NCBI RefSeq assembly: GCF_009914755.1
Contig: NC_060926.1
Reading direction: 5' to 3' (one strand)
Length of the DNA: 64,000 bases
DNA from: the human T2T-CHM13v2.0 reference genome, Homo sapiens
Shown here piece after piece: positions 13,101-25,400 of the stretch (positions within the stretch are counted from its first letter, which is position 1; each line of letters opens with the position of its first letter). Position numbers and translations under genes: made by a program. The notes beneath the pieces are model-generated. The model saw only the letters and a list, made by a program, of their open reading frames with translations. It did no database searches and was not told where the DNA came from.

Positions 13101-13968
13101 TGAAAACTAGACAGAAGCATTCTCAGAATCTTATTTGTGATGTGCGCCCTCAACTAACAGTGTTGAAGCTTTCTTTTGATAGAGCAGTTTTGAAACACTC
13201 TTTTTGTAAAATCTGCAAGAGGATATTTGGATAGCTTTGAGGATTTCGTTGAAAACGGGATTGTCTTCATATAAACTCTAGACAGAAGCATTCTCAGAAG
13301 CTTCATTGGGATGTTTCAATTGAAGTCACAGTGTTGAACAGTCCCTTTCATAGAGCAGGTTTGAAACACTCTTTTTGTAGTATCTGGAAGTGAACATTTG
13401 GAGCGCTCTCAGGACTACGGTGAAAAAAGAAGTATCTTCCAATAAAAGCTTGATAGAAGCAATGTCAGAAACTTTTTCATGATGTATCTACTCAGCTAAC
13501 AGAGTTGAACCTTTCTTTTGAGAGAGCAGTTTTGAAACACTCTTTTTGTGGAATCTGCAAGTGGATATTTGACTAGCTTTGAGGATTTCGTTGGAAACGG
13601 GATTACATATAAAAAGCAGAAAGCAGCATTCCCAGAAACTTCTTTGTGATGTTTGCATTCAAGTCACAGAGTTGAACATTCCCTTTCATAGAGCAGGTTT
13701 GAAACACTGTTTTTGTAGTATCTGGATGTGGACATTTGGAGCGCTTTCAGGCCTATGGTGAAAAAGGAAATATCTTCCCCTGAAAACTAGACAGAAGCAT
13801 TCTCAGAATTTTATTTGTGATGTGCGCCCTCGACTAACAGTGTTGAAGCTTTCTTTTGATAGAGCAGTTTTGAAACACACTTTTTGTAAAATCTGCAAGA
13901 GGATATTTGGATAGCTTTGAGGATTTCGTTGGAAACGGGATTGTCTTCCTATAAACTCTAGACAGAAT

Positions 13969-14310
13969 CATTCTCAGAAGCTTCATTGGGAAGTTTCAAT
14001 TGAAGTCACAGTGTTGAACAGTCCCTTTCATAGAGCAGGTTTGAAACACTCCTTTTGTAGTATCTGGATGTGGACATTTGGAGCGCTTTCAGGCCTATGG
14101 TGAAAAAGGAAATATCTTCCCCTGAAAACTAGACAGAAGCATTCTCAGAATCTTATTTGTGATGTGCGCCCTCAACTAACAGTGTTGAAGCTTTCTTTTG
14201 ATAGAGCAGTTTTGAAACACTCTTTTTGTAAAATCTGCAAGAGGATATTTGGATAGCTTTGAGGATTTCGTTGGAAACGGGATTGTCTTCATATAAACTC
14301 TAGACAGAAG
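13969..14310 (+). repeat. 342-bp dimer variant (m1/3 + m4) at the domain I/II boundary
   Basis: XbaI sites at 13957 and 14299 are 342 bp apart; the m1/3 hybrid is followed directly by a complete m4. Confidence 0.92.
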
Positions 14311-16405
14311 CATTCTCAGAAGCTTCATTGGGATGTTTCAATTGAAGTCACAGTGTTGAACAGTCCCTTTCATAGAGCAGGTTTGAAACACTCTTTTTGT
14401 AGTATCTGGAAGTGGACATTTGGAGCACTCTCAGGACTGCGGTGAAAAAGGAAATATCTTCAAACAAAAGCTACATAGAAGCAATGTCAGAAACTTTTTC
14501 ATGATGTATCTACTCAGCTAACAGAGTTGAACCTTCCTTTGAGAGAGCAGTTTTGAAACACTCTTTTTGTGGAATCTGCAAGTGGATATTTGTCTAGCTT
14601 TGAGGATTTCGTTGGAAACGGGATTACATATAAAAAGCAGACAGCAGCATTCCCAGAAACTTCTTTGTGATGTTTGCATTCAAGTCACAGAGTTGAACAT
14701 TCCCTTTCATAGAGCAGGTTTGAAACACTCTTTTTGTAGTATCTGGATGTGGACATTCGGAGCGCTTTCAGGCCTATGGTGAAAAAGGAAATATCTTCCC
14801 CTGAAAACTAGACAGAAGCATTCTCAGAATCTTATTTGTGATGTGCGCCCTCAACTAACAGTGTTGAAGCTTTCTTTTGATAGAGCAGTTTTGAAACACT
14901 CTTTTTGTAAAATCTGCAAGAGGATATTTGGATAGCTTTGAGGATTTCGTTGGAAACGGGATTGTCTTCATATAAACTCTAGACAGAAGCATTCTCAGAA
15001 GCTTCATTGGGATGTTTCAGTTGAAGTCACAGTGTTGAACAGTCCCTTTCATAGAGCAGGTTTGAAACACTCTTTTTGTAGTATCTGGAAGTGGACATTT
15101 GGAGCGCTCTCAGGACTGCGGTGAAAAAGGAAATATCTTCCAATAAAAGCTAGATAGAAGCAATGTCAGAAACTTTTTCATGATGTATCTACTCAGCTAA
15201 CAGAGTTGGACCTTCCTTTGAGAGAGCAGTTTTGAAACACTCTTTTTGTGGAATCTGCAAGTGGATATTTGTCTAGATTTGAGGATTTCGTTGGAAACGG
15301 GATTACATAAAAAAGCAGACAGCAGCATTCCCAGAAACTTCTTTGTGATGTTTGCATTCAAGTCACAGAATTGAACATTCCCTTTCATAGAGCAGGTTTG
15401 AAACACTCTTTTTGTAGTATCTGGATGTGGACATTTGCAGCGCTTTCAGGCCTAAGGTGAAAAAGGAAATATCTTCCCCTGAAAACTAGACAGAAGCATT
15501 CTCAGAAACTTATTTGTGATGTGCGCCCTCAACTAACAGTGTTGAAGCTTTCTTTTGATAGAGCAGTTTTGAAACACTCTTTTTGTGGAATCTGCAAGTG
15601 GATATTTGTCTAGCTTTGAGGATTTCGTTTGAAACGGGATTACATATAAAAAGCAGACAGCAGCATTCCCAGAATCTTGTTTGTGAAGTTTGCATTCAAG
15701 TCACAGAGTTGAACATTCCCTTTCAGAGAGCAGGTTTGAAACACTCTTTTTATAGTATCTGGATGTGGACATTTGGAGCGCTTTCAGGCCTATGGTGAAA
15801 AAGGAAATATCTTCTCCTGAAAACTAGACAGAAGCATTCTCAGAATCTTATTTGTGATGTGCGCCCTCAACTAACAGTGTTGAAGCTTTCTTTTGATAGA
15901 GCAGTTTTGAAACACTCTTTTCGTAAAATCTGCAAGAGGATATTTTGATAGCTTTGAGGATTTCGTTGGAAACGGGATTGTCTTCATATAAACTCTAGAC
16001 AGAAGCATTATCAGAAGCTTCATTGGGATGTTTCAATTGAAGTCACAGTGTTGAACAGTCCCTTTCATAGAGCAGGTTTGAAACACTCTTTTTGTAGTAT
16101 CTGGAAGTGGACATTTGGAGCGCTCTCAGGACTGCGGTGAAAAAGGAAATTTCTTCCAATAAAAGCTACATAGAAGCAATGTCAGAAACTTTTTCATGAT
16201 GTATCTACTCAGCTAACAGAGTTGAACCTTCCTTTGAGAGAGCAGTTTTGAAACACTCTTTTTGTGGAATCTGCAAGTGGATATTTGTCTAGCTTTGAGG
16301 ATTTCGTTGGAATCGGGATTACATATAAAAAGCAGACAGCAGCATTCCCAGAAACTTCTCTGTGATGTTTGCATTCAAGTCACAGAGTTGAACATTCCCT
16401 TTCAT

Positions 16406-19400
16406 AGAGCAGGTTTGAAACACTCTTTTTGTAGTATCTGGATGTGGACATTTGGAGCGCTTTCAGGCCTATGGTGAAAAAGGAAATATCTTCCCCTGAA
16501 AACTAGACAGAAGCATTCTCAGAATCTTATTTGTGATGTGCGCCCTCAACTAACAGTGTTGAAGCTTTCTTTTGATAGAGCAGTTTTGAAACACTCTTTT
16601 TGTAAAATCTGCAAGAGGATATTTGGATAGCTTTGAGGATTTCGTTGGAAACGGGATTGTCTTCATATAAACTCTAGACAGAAGCATTCTCAGAAGCTTC
16701 ATTGGGATGTTTCAGTTGAAGTCACAGTGTTGAACAGTCCCTTTCATAGAGCAGGTTTGAAACACTCTTTTTGTAGTATCTGGAAGTGGACATTTGGAGC
16801 GCTCTCAGGACTGCGGTGAAAAAGGAAATATCTTCCAATAAAAGCTAGATAGAAGCAATGTCAGAAACTTTTTCATGATGTATCTACTCAGCTAACAGAG
16901 TTGGACCTTCCTTTGAGAGAGCAGTTTTGAAACACTCTTTTTGTGGAATCTGCAAGTGGATATTTGTCTAGCTTTGAGGATTTCGTTGGAAACGGGATTA
17001 CATATAAAAAGCAGACAGCAGCATTCCCAGAAACTTCTTTGTGATGTTTGCATTCAAGTCACAGAGTTGAACATTCCCTTTCATAGAGCAGGTTTGAAAC
17101 ACTCTTTTTGTAGTATCTGGATGTGGACATTTGCAGCGCTTTCAGGCCTAAGGTGAAAAAGGAAATATCTTCCCCTGAAAACTAGACAGAAGCATTCTCA
17201 GAAACTTATTTGTGATGTGCGCCCTCAACTAACAGTGTTGAAGCTTTCTTTTGATAGAGCAGTTTTGAAACACTCTTTTTGTGGAATTTGCAAGTGGATA
17301 TTTGTCTAGCTTTGAGGATTTCGTTGGAAACGGGATTACATATAAAAAGCAGACAGCAGCATTCCCAGAATCTTGTTTGTGATGTTTGCATTCAAGTCAC
17401 AGAGTTGAACATTCCCTTTCAGAGAGCAGGTTTGAAACACTCTTTTTATAGTATCTGGATGTGGACATTTGGAGCGCTTTCAGGCCTATGGTGTAAAAGG
17501 AAATATCTTCTCCTGAAAACTAGACAGAAGCATTCTCAGAATCTTATTTGTGATGTGCGCCCTCAACTAACAGTGTTGAAGCTTTCTTTTGATAGAGCAG
17601 TTTTGAAACACTCTTTTCCTAAAATCTGCAAGAGGATATTTTGATAGCTTTGAGGATTTCGTTGGAAACGGGATTGTCTTCATATAAACTCTAGACAGAA
17701 GCATTCTCAGAAGCTTCATTGGGATGTTTCAATTGAAGTCACAGTGTTGAACAGTCCCTTTCATAGAGCAGGTTTGAAACACTCTTTTTGTAGTATCTGG
17801 AAGTGGACATTTGGAGCGCTCTCAGGACTGCGGTGAAAAAGGAAATATCTTCCAATAAAAGCTAGATAGAAGCAATGTCAGAAACTTTTTCATGATGTAT
17901 CTACTCAGCTAACAGAGTTGAACCTTCCTTTGAGAGAGCAGTTTTGAAACACTCTTTTTGTGGAATCTGCAAGTGGATATTTGTCTAGCTTTGAGGATTT
18001 CGTTGGAAACGGGATTACATATAAAAAGCAGACAGCAGCATTCCCAGAAACTTCTTTGTGATGTTTGCATTCAAGTCACAGAGTTGAACATTCCCTTTCA
18101 TAGAGCAGGTTTGAAACACTCTTTTTGTAGTATCTGGATGTGGACATTTGCAGCGCTTTCAGGCCTATGGTGAAAAAGGAAATATCTTCCCCTGAAAACT
18201 AGACAGAAGCATTCTCAGAAACTTATTTGTGATGTGCGCCCTCAACTAACAGTGTTGAAGCCTTCTTTTGATAGAGCAGTTTTGAAACACTCTTTTTGTG
18301 GAATCTGCAAGTGGATATTTGTCTAGCTTTGAGGATTTCGTTGGAAACGGGATTACATATAAAAAGCAGACAGCAGCATTCCCAGAATCTTGTTTGTGAT
18401 GTTTGCATTCAAGTCACAGAGTTGAACATTCCCTTTCAGAGAGCAGGTTTGAAACACTCTTTTTATAGTATCTGGATGTGGACATTTGGAGCGCTTTCAG
18501 GCCTATGGTGAAAAAGGAAATATCTTCTCCTGAAAACTAGACAGAAGCATTCTCAGAATCTTATCTGTGATGTGCGCCCTCAACTAACAGTGTTGAAGCT
18601 TTCTTTTGATAGAGCAGTTTTGAAACACTCTTTTCGTAAAATCTGCAAGAGGATATTTTGATAGCTTTGAGGATTTCGTTGGAAACGGGATTGTCTTCAT
18701 ATAAACTCTAGACAGAAGCATTCTCAGAAGCTTCAGTGGGATGTTTCAATTGAAGTCACAGTGTTGAACAGTCCCTTTCATAGAGCAGGTTTGAAACACT
18801 GTTTTTGTAGTATCTGGAAGTGGACATTTGGAGAGATCTCAGGAATACGATGATAAAGGAAATATCTTCCAATAAAAGCTAGATAGAAGCAATGTCAGAA
18901 ACTTTTTCATGATGTATCTACTCAGCTAACAGAGTTGAACCTTTCTTTTGAGAGAGCAGTTTTGAAACACTCTTTTTGTGGAATCTGGAAGTGGATATTT
19001 GTCTAGCTTTGAGGATTTCGTTGGAAACGGGATTACATATAAAAAGCAGACAGCAGCATTCCCAGTAACTTCTTTGTGATGTTTGCATTCAAGTCACAGA
19101 GTTGAACATTCCCTTTCAGAGAGCAGGTTTGAAACACTCTTTTTGTAGTATCTGGATGTGGACATTTGGAGCGCTTTCAGGCCTATGGTGAAAAAGGAAA
19201 TATCTTCCCCTGAAAACTAGACAGAAGCATTCTCAGAATCTTATTTGTGATGTGCGCCCTCAACTAACAGTGTTGAAGCTTTCTTTTGATAGAGCAGTTT
19301 TGAAACACTCTTTTTGTAAAATCTGCAAGAGGATATTTGGATAGCTTTGAGGATTTCGTTGGAAACGGGATTGTCTTCATATAAACTCTAGACAGAAGCA

Positions 19401-22163
19401 TTCTCAGAAGCTTCATTGGGATGTTTCAGTTGAAGTCACAGTGTTGAACAGTCCCTTTCATAGAGCAGGTTTGAAACACTCTTTTTGTAGTATCTGGAAG
19501 TGGACATTTGGAGCGCTCTCAGGACTGCGGTGAAAAAGGAAATATCTTCCAATAAAAGCTACATAGAAGCAATGTCAGAAACTTTTTCATGATGTATCTA
19601 CTCAGCTAACAGAGTTGGACCTTCCTTTGAGAGAGCAGTTTTGAAACACTCTTTTTGTGGAATCTGCAAGTGGATATTTGTCTAGCTTTGAGGATTTCGT
19701 TGGAAACCGGATTACATATAAAAAGCAGACAGCAGCATTCCCAGAAATTTCTTTGTGATGTTTGCATTCAAGTCACAGAGTTGAACATTCCCTTTCATAG
19801 AGCAGGTTTGAAACACTCTTTTTGTAGTATCTGGATGTGGACATTTGCAGCGCTTTCAGGCCTAAGGTGAAAAAGGAAATATCTTCCCCTGAAAACTAGA
19901 CAGAAGCATTCTCAGAAACTTATTTGTGATGTGCGCCCTCAACTAACAGTGTTGAAGCTTTCTTTTGATAGAGCAGTTTTGAAACACTCTTTTTGTGGAA
20001 TCTGCAAGTGGATATTTGTCTAGCTTTGAGGATTTCGTTGGAAACGGGATTACATATAAAAAGCAGACAGCAGCATTCCCAGAATCTTGTTTGTGATGTT
20101 TGCATTCAAGTCACAGAGTTGAACATTCCCTTTCAGAGAGCAGGTTTGAAACACTCTTTTTATAGTATCTGGATGTGGACATTTGGAGCGCTTTCAGGCC
20201 TATGGTGAAAAAGGAAATATCTTCTCCTGAAAACTAGACAGAAGCATTCTCAGAATCTTATTTGTGATGTGCCCCCTCAACTAACAGTGTTGAAGCTTTC
20301 TTTTGATAGAGCAGTTTTGAAACACTCTTTTCGTAAAATCTGCAAGAGGATATTTTGATAGCTTTGAGGATTTCGTTGGAAACGGGATTGTCTTCATATA
20401 AACTCTAGACAGAAGCATTCTCAGAAGCTTCATTGGGATGTTTCAATTGAAGTCACAGTGTTGAACAGTCCCTTTAATAGAGCAGGTTTGAAACACTCTT
20501 TTTGTAGTATCTGGAAGTGGACATTTGGAGCGCTCTCAGGACTACGGTGAAAAAGGAAATATCTTCCAATAAAAGCTAGATAGAAGCAATGTCAGAAACT
20601 TTTTCATGATGTATCTACTCAGCTAACAGAGTTGAACCTTCCTTTGAGAGAGCAGTTTTGAAACACTCTTTTTGTGGAATCTGCAAGTGGATATTTGTCT
20701 AGCTTTGAGGATTTCGTTGGAAACGGGATTACATATAAAAAGCAGACAGCAGCATTCCCAGAAACTTCTTTGTGATGTTTGCATTCAAGTCACAGAGTTG
20801 AACATTCCCTTTCATAGAGCAGGTTTGAAACACTCTTTTTGTAGTATCTGGATGTGGACATTTGCAGCGCTTTCAGGCCTATGGTGAAAAAGGAAATATC
20901 TTCCCCTGAAAACTAGACAGAAGCATTCTCAGAAACTTATTTGTGATGTGCGCCCTCAACTAACAGTGTTGAAGCCTTCTTTTGATAGAGCAGTTTTGAA
21001 ACACTCTTTTTGTGGAATCTGCAAGTGGATATTTGTCTAGCTTTGAGGATTTCGTTGGAAACGGGATTACATATAAAAAGCAGACAGCAGCATTCCCAGA
21101 ATCTTGTTTGTGATGTTTGCATTCAAGTCACAGAGTTGAACATTCCCTTTCAGAGAGCAGGTTTGAAACACTCTTTTTATAGTATCTGGATGTGGACATT
21201 TGGAGCGCTTTCAGGCCTATGGTGAAAAAGGAAATATCTTCTCCTGAAAACTAGACACAAGCATTCTCAGAATCTTATCTGTGATGTGCGCCCTCAACTA
21301 ACAGTGTTGAAGCTTTCTTTTGATAGAGCAGTTTTGAAACACTCTTTTCGTAAAATCTGCAAGAGGATATTTTGATAGCTTTGAGGATTTCGTTGGAAAC
21401 GGGATTGTCTTCATATAAACTCTAGACAGAAGCATTCTCAGAAGCTTCAGTGGGATGTTTCAATTGAAGTCACAGTGTTGAACAGTCCCTTTCATAGAGC
21501 AGGTTTGAAACACTGTTTTTGTAGTATCTGGAAGTGGACATTTGGAGAGATCTCAGGAATACGGTGATAAAGGAAATATCTTCCAATAAAAGCTAGATAG
21601 AAGCAATGTCAGAAACTTTTTCATGATGTATCTACTCAGCTAACAGAGTTGAACCTTTCTTTTGAGAGAGCAGTTTTGAAACACTCTTTTTGTGGAATCT
21701 GGAAGTGGATATTTGTCTAGCTTTGAGGATTTCGTTGGAAACGGGATTACATATAAAAAGCAGACAGCAGCATTCCCAGTAACTTCTTTGTGATGTTTGC
21801 ATTCAAGTCACAGAGTTGAACATTCCCTTTCAGAGAGCAGGTTTGAAACACTCTTTTTGTAGTATCTGGATGTGGACATTTGGAGCGCTTTCAGGCCTAT
21901 GGTGAAAAAGGAAATATCTTCCCCTGAAAACTAGACAGAAGCATTCTCAGAATCTTATTTGTGATGTGCGCCCTCAACTAACAGTGTTGAAGCTTTCTTT
22001 TGATAGAGCAGTTTTGAAACACTCTTTTTGTAAAATCTGCAAGAGGATATTTGGATAGCTTTGAGGATTTCGTTGGAAACGGGATTGTCTTCATATAAAC
22101 TCTAGACAGAAGCATTCTCAGAAGCTTCATTGGGATGTTTCAGTTGAAGTCACAGTGTTGAAC
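16406..22163 (+). repeat. Tandem duplication with 2714-bp (16-monomer; 6+6+4) period
   Basis: XbaI sites at 16673, 19387 and 22101. Rare variants recur at exactly +2714: gaagccttct 18262/20976, ttatctgtg 18565/21279, cactgtttt 18801/21515, plus atctggaagtggata and cccagtaac. Confidence 0.9.
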
Positions 22164-22454
22164 ATTCCCTTTCATAGAGCAGGTTTGAAACACTCTTTTT
22201 GTAGTATCTGGATGTGGACATTTGGAGCGCTTTCAGGCCTATGGTGAAAAAGGAAACATCTTCTCCTGAAAACTAGACAGAAGCATTCTCAGAATCTTAT
22301 TTGTGATGTGCGCCCTCAACTAACAGTGTTGAAGCTTTCTTTTGATAGAGCAGTTTTGAAACACTCTTTTCGTAAAATCTGCAAGAGGATATTTTGATAG
22401 CTTTGAGGATTTCGTTGGAAACGGGATTGTCTTCATATAAACTCTAGACAGAAG
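22113..22454 (+). repeat. Second 342-bp dimer variant (m1/3 + m4)
   Basis: XbaI sites at 22101 and 22443. The monomer switches from m1 to m3 markers at 22157-22164. Confidence 0.9.
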
Positions 22455-25400
22455 CATTCTCAGAAGCTTCAGTGGGATGTTTCAATTGAAGTCACAGTGT
22501 TGAACAGTCCCTTTCATAGAGCAGGTTTGAAACACTCTTTTTGTAGTATCTGGAAGTGGACATTTGGAGAGATCTCAGGAATACGGTGATAAAGGAAATA
22601 TCTTCCAATAAAAGCTAGATAGAAGCAATGTCAGAAACTTTTTCATGATGTATCTACTCAGCTAACAGAGTTGAACCTTTCTTTTGAGAGAGCAGTTTTG
22701 AAACACTCTTTTTGTGGAATCTGCAAGTGGATATTTGTCTAGCTTTGAGGATTTCGTTGGAAACGGGATTACATATAAAAAGCAGACAGCAGCATTCCCA
22801 GTAACTTGTTTGTGATGTTTGCATTCAAGTCACAGAGTTGAACATTCCCTTTCATAGAGAAGGTTTGAAACACTCTTTTTGTAGTATCTGGATGTGGACA
22901 TTTGGAGCGCTTTCAGGCCTATGGTGAAAAAGGAAATATCTTCCCCTGAAAACTAGACAGAAGCATTCTCAGAATCTTATTTGTGATGTGCGCCCTCAAC
23001 TAACAGTGTTGAAGCTTTCTTTTGATAGAGCAGTTTTGAAACACTCTTTTTGTAAAATCTGCAAGAGGATATTTGGATAGCTTTGAGGATTTCGTTGGAA
23101 ACGGGATTGTCTTCATATAAACTCTAGACAGAAGCATTCTCAGAAGCTTCATTGGGATGTTTCAATTGAAGTCACAGTGTTGAACAGTCCCTTTCATAGA
23201 GCAGGTTTGAAACACTCTTTTTGTAGTATCTGGAAGTGGACATTTGGAGCGCTCTCAGGACTGTGGTGAAAAAGGAAATATCTTCCAATAAAAGCTACAT
23301 AGAAGCAATGTCAGAAACTTTTTCATGATGTATCTACTCAGCTAACAGAGTTGAACCTTCCTTTGAGAGAGCAGTTTTGAAACACTCTTTTTGTGGGATC
23401 TGCAAGTGGATATTTTTCTAGCTTTGAGGATTTCGTTGGAAACGGGATTACATATAAAAAGCAGACAGCAGCATTCCCAGAAACTTCTTTGTGATGTTTG
23501 CATTCAAGTCACAGAGTTGAACATTCCCTTTCATAGAGCAGGTTTGAAACACTCTTTTTGTAGTATCTGGATGTGGACATTTGGAGCGCTTTCAGGCCTA
23601 TGGTGAAAAAGGAAATATCTTCCCCTGAAAACTAGACAGAAGCATTCTCAGAATCTTATTTGTGATGTGCGCCCTCAACTAACAGTGTTGAAGCTTTCTT
23701 TTGATAGAGCAGTTTTGAAACACTCTTTTTGTAAAATCTGCAAGAGGATATTTGGATAGCTTTGAGGATTTCGTTGGAAACGGGATTGTCTTCATATAAA
23801 CTCTAGACAGAAGCATTCTCAGAAGCTTCATTGGGATGTTTCAGTTGAAGTCACAGTGTTGAACAGTCCCTTTCATAGAGCAGGTTTGAAACACTCTTTT
23901 TGTAGTATCTGGAAGTGGACATTTGGAGCGCTCTCAGGACTGCGGTGAAAAAGGAAATATCTTCCAATAAAAGCTAGATAGAAGCAATGTCAGAAACTTT
24001 TTCATGATGTATCTACTCAGCTAACAGAGTTGAACCTTCCTTTGAGAGAGCAGTTTTGAAACACTCTTTTTGTGGAATCTGCAAGTGGATATTTGTCTAG
24101 CTTTGAGGATTTCGTTGGAAACGGGATTACATATAAAAAGCAGACAGCAGCATTCCCAGAATCTTGTTTGTGATGTTTGCATTCAAGTCACAGAGTTGAA
24201 CATTCCCTTTCAGAGAGCAGGTTTGAAACACTCTTTTTATAGTATCTGGATGTGGACATTTGGAGCGCTTTCAGGCCTATGGTGAAAAAGGAAATATCTT
24301 CTCCTGAAAACTAGACAGAAGCATTCTCAGAATCTTATTTGTGATGTGCGCCCTCAACTAACAGTGTTGAAGCTTTCTTTTGATAGAGCAGTTTTGAAAC
24401 ACTCTTTTCGTAAAATCTGCAAGAGGATATTTTGATAGCTTTGAGGATTTCGTTGGAAACGGGATTGTCTTCATATAAACTCTAGACAGAAGCATTCTCA
24501 GAAGCTTCATTGGGATGTTTCAATTGAAGTCACAGTGTTGAACAGTCCCTTTCATAGAGCAGGTTTGAAACACTCTTTTTGTAGTATCTGGAATTGGACA
24601 ATTGGAGCGCTCTCCGGACTACGGTGATAAAGGAAATATCTTCCAATAAAAGCTAGATAGAAGCAATGTCAGAAACTTTTTCATGATGTATCTACTCAGC
24701 TAACAGAGTTGAACCTTTCTTTTGAGAGAGCAGTTTTGAAACACTCTTTTTGTGGAATCTGCAAGTGGATATTTGTTTAGCTTTGAGGATTTCGTTGGAA
24801 ACGGGATTACATATAAAAAGCAGACAGCAGCATTCCCAGAAACTTCTTTGAGATGTTTGCATTCAAGTCACAGAGTTGAACATTCCCTTTCATAGAGCAG
24901 GTTTGAAACACTCTTTTTGTAGTATCTGGATGTGGACATTTGGAGCGCTTTCAGGCCTATGGTGAAAAAGGAAATATCTTCCCCTGAAAACTAGACAGAA
25001 GCATTCTCAGAATCTTATTTGTGATGTGCGCCCTCAACTAACAGTGTTGAAGCTTTCTTTTGATAGAGGAGTTTTGAAACACTCTTTTTGTAAAATATGC
25101 AAGAGGATATTTGGATAGCTTTGAGGATTTCGTTGGAAACGGGATTGTCTTCATATAAACTCTAGACAGAAGCATTCTCAGAAGCTTCATTGGGATGTTT
25201 CAGTTGAAGTCACAGTGTTGAACAGTCCCTTTCATAGAGCAGGTTTGAAACACTCTTTTTGTAGTATCTGGAAGTGGACATTTGGAGCGCTCTCAGGACT
25301 GCGGTGAAAAAGGAAATATCTTCCAATAAAAGCTAGATAGAAGCAATGTCAGAAACTTTTTCATGATGTATCTACTCAGCTAACAGAGTTGAACCTTCCT

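Larger units (their letters stand above)
32..13968 (+). repeat. Sub-domain I: 1360-bp 8-mer HOR = hybrid tetramer (m1/3-m4/2-m3-m4) + canonical tetramer
   Basis: Hybrid tetramers start at 32, 1392, 2752, 4112, 5471, 7169, 8529, 9889, 11249 and 12609. The period is 1360 bp except one 1359 and one 1698. The repeated minus-strand 61-aa ORF (216, 1576, 2936...) mirrors this. Confidence 0.92.

Noticed and set aside
17279-17644. Longest ORF (121 aa)
   Set aside because: It is produced by chance SNVs removing stops (tga>tgt at 17494) in one repeat copy; the sister copy at +2714 is closed.
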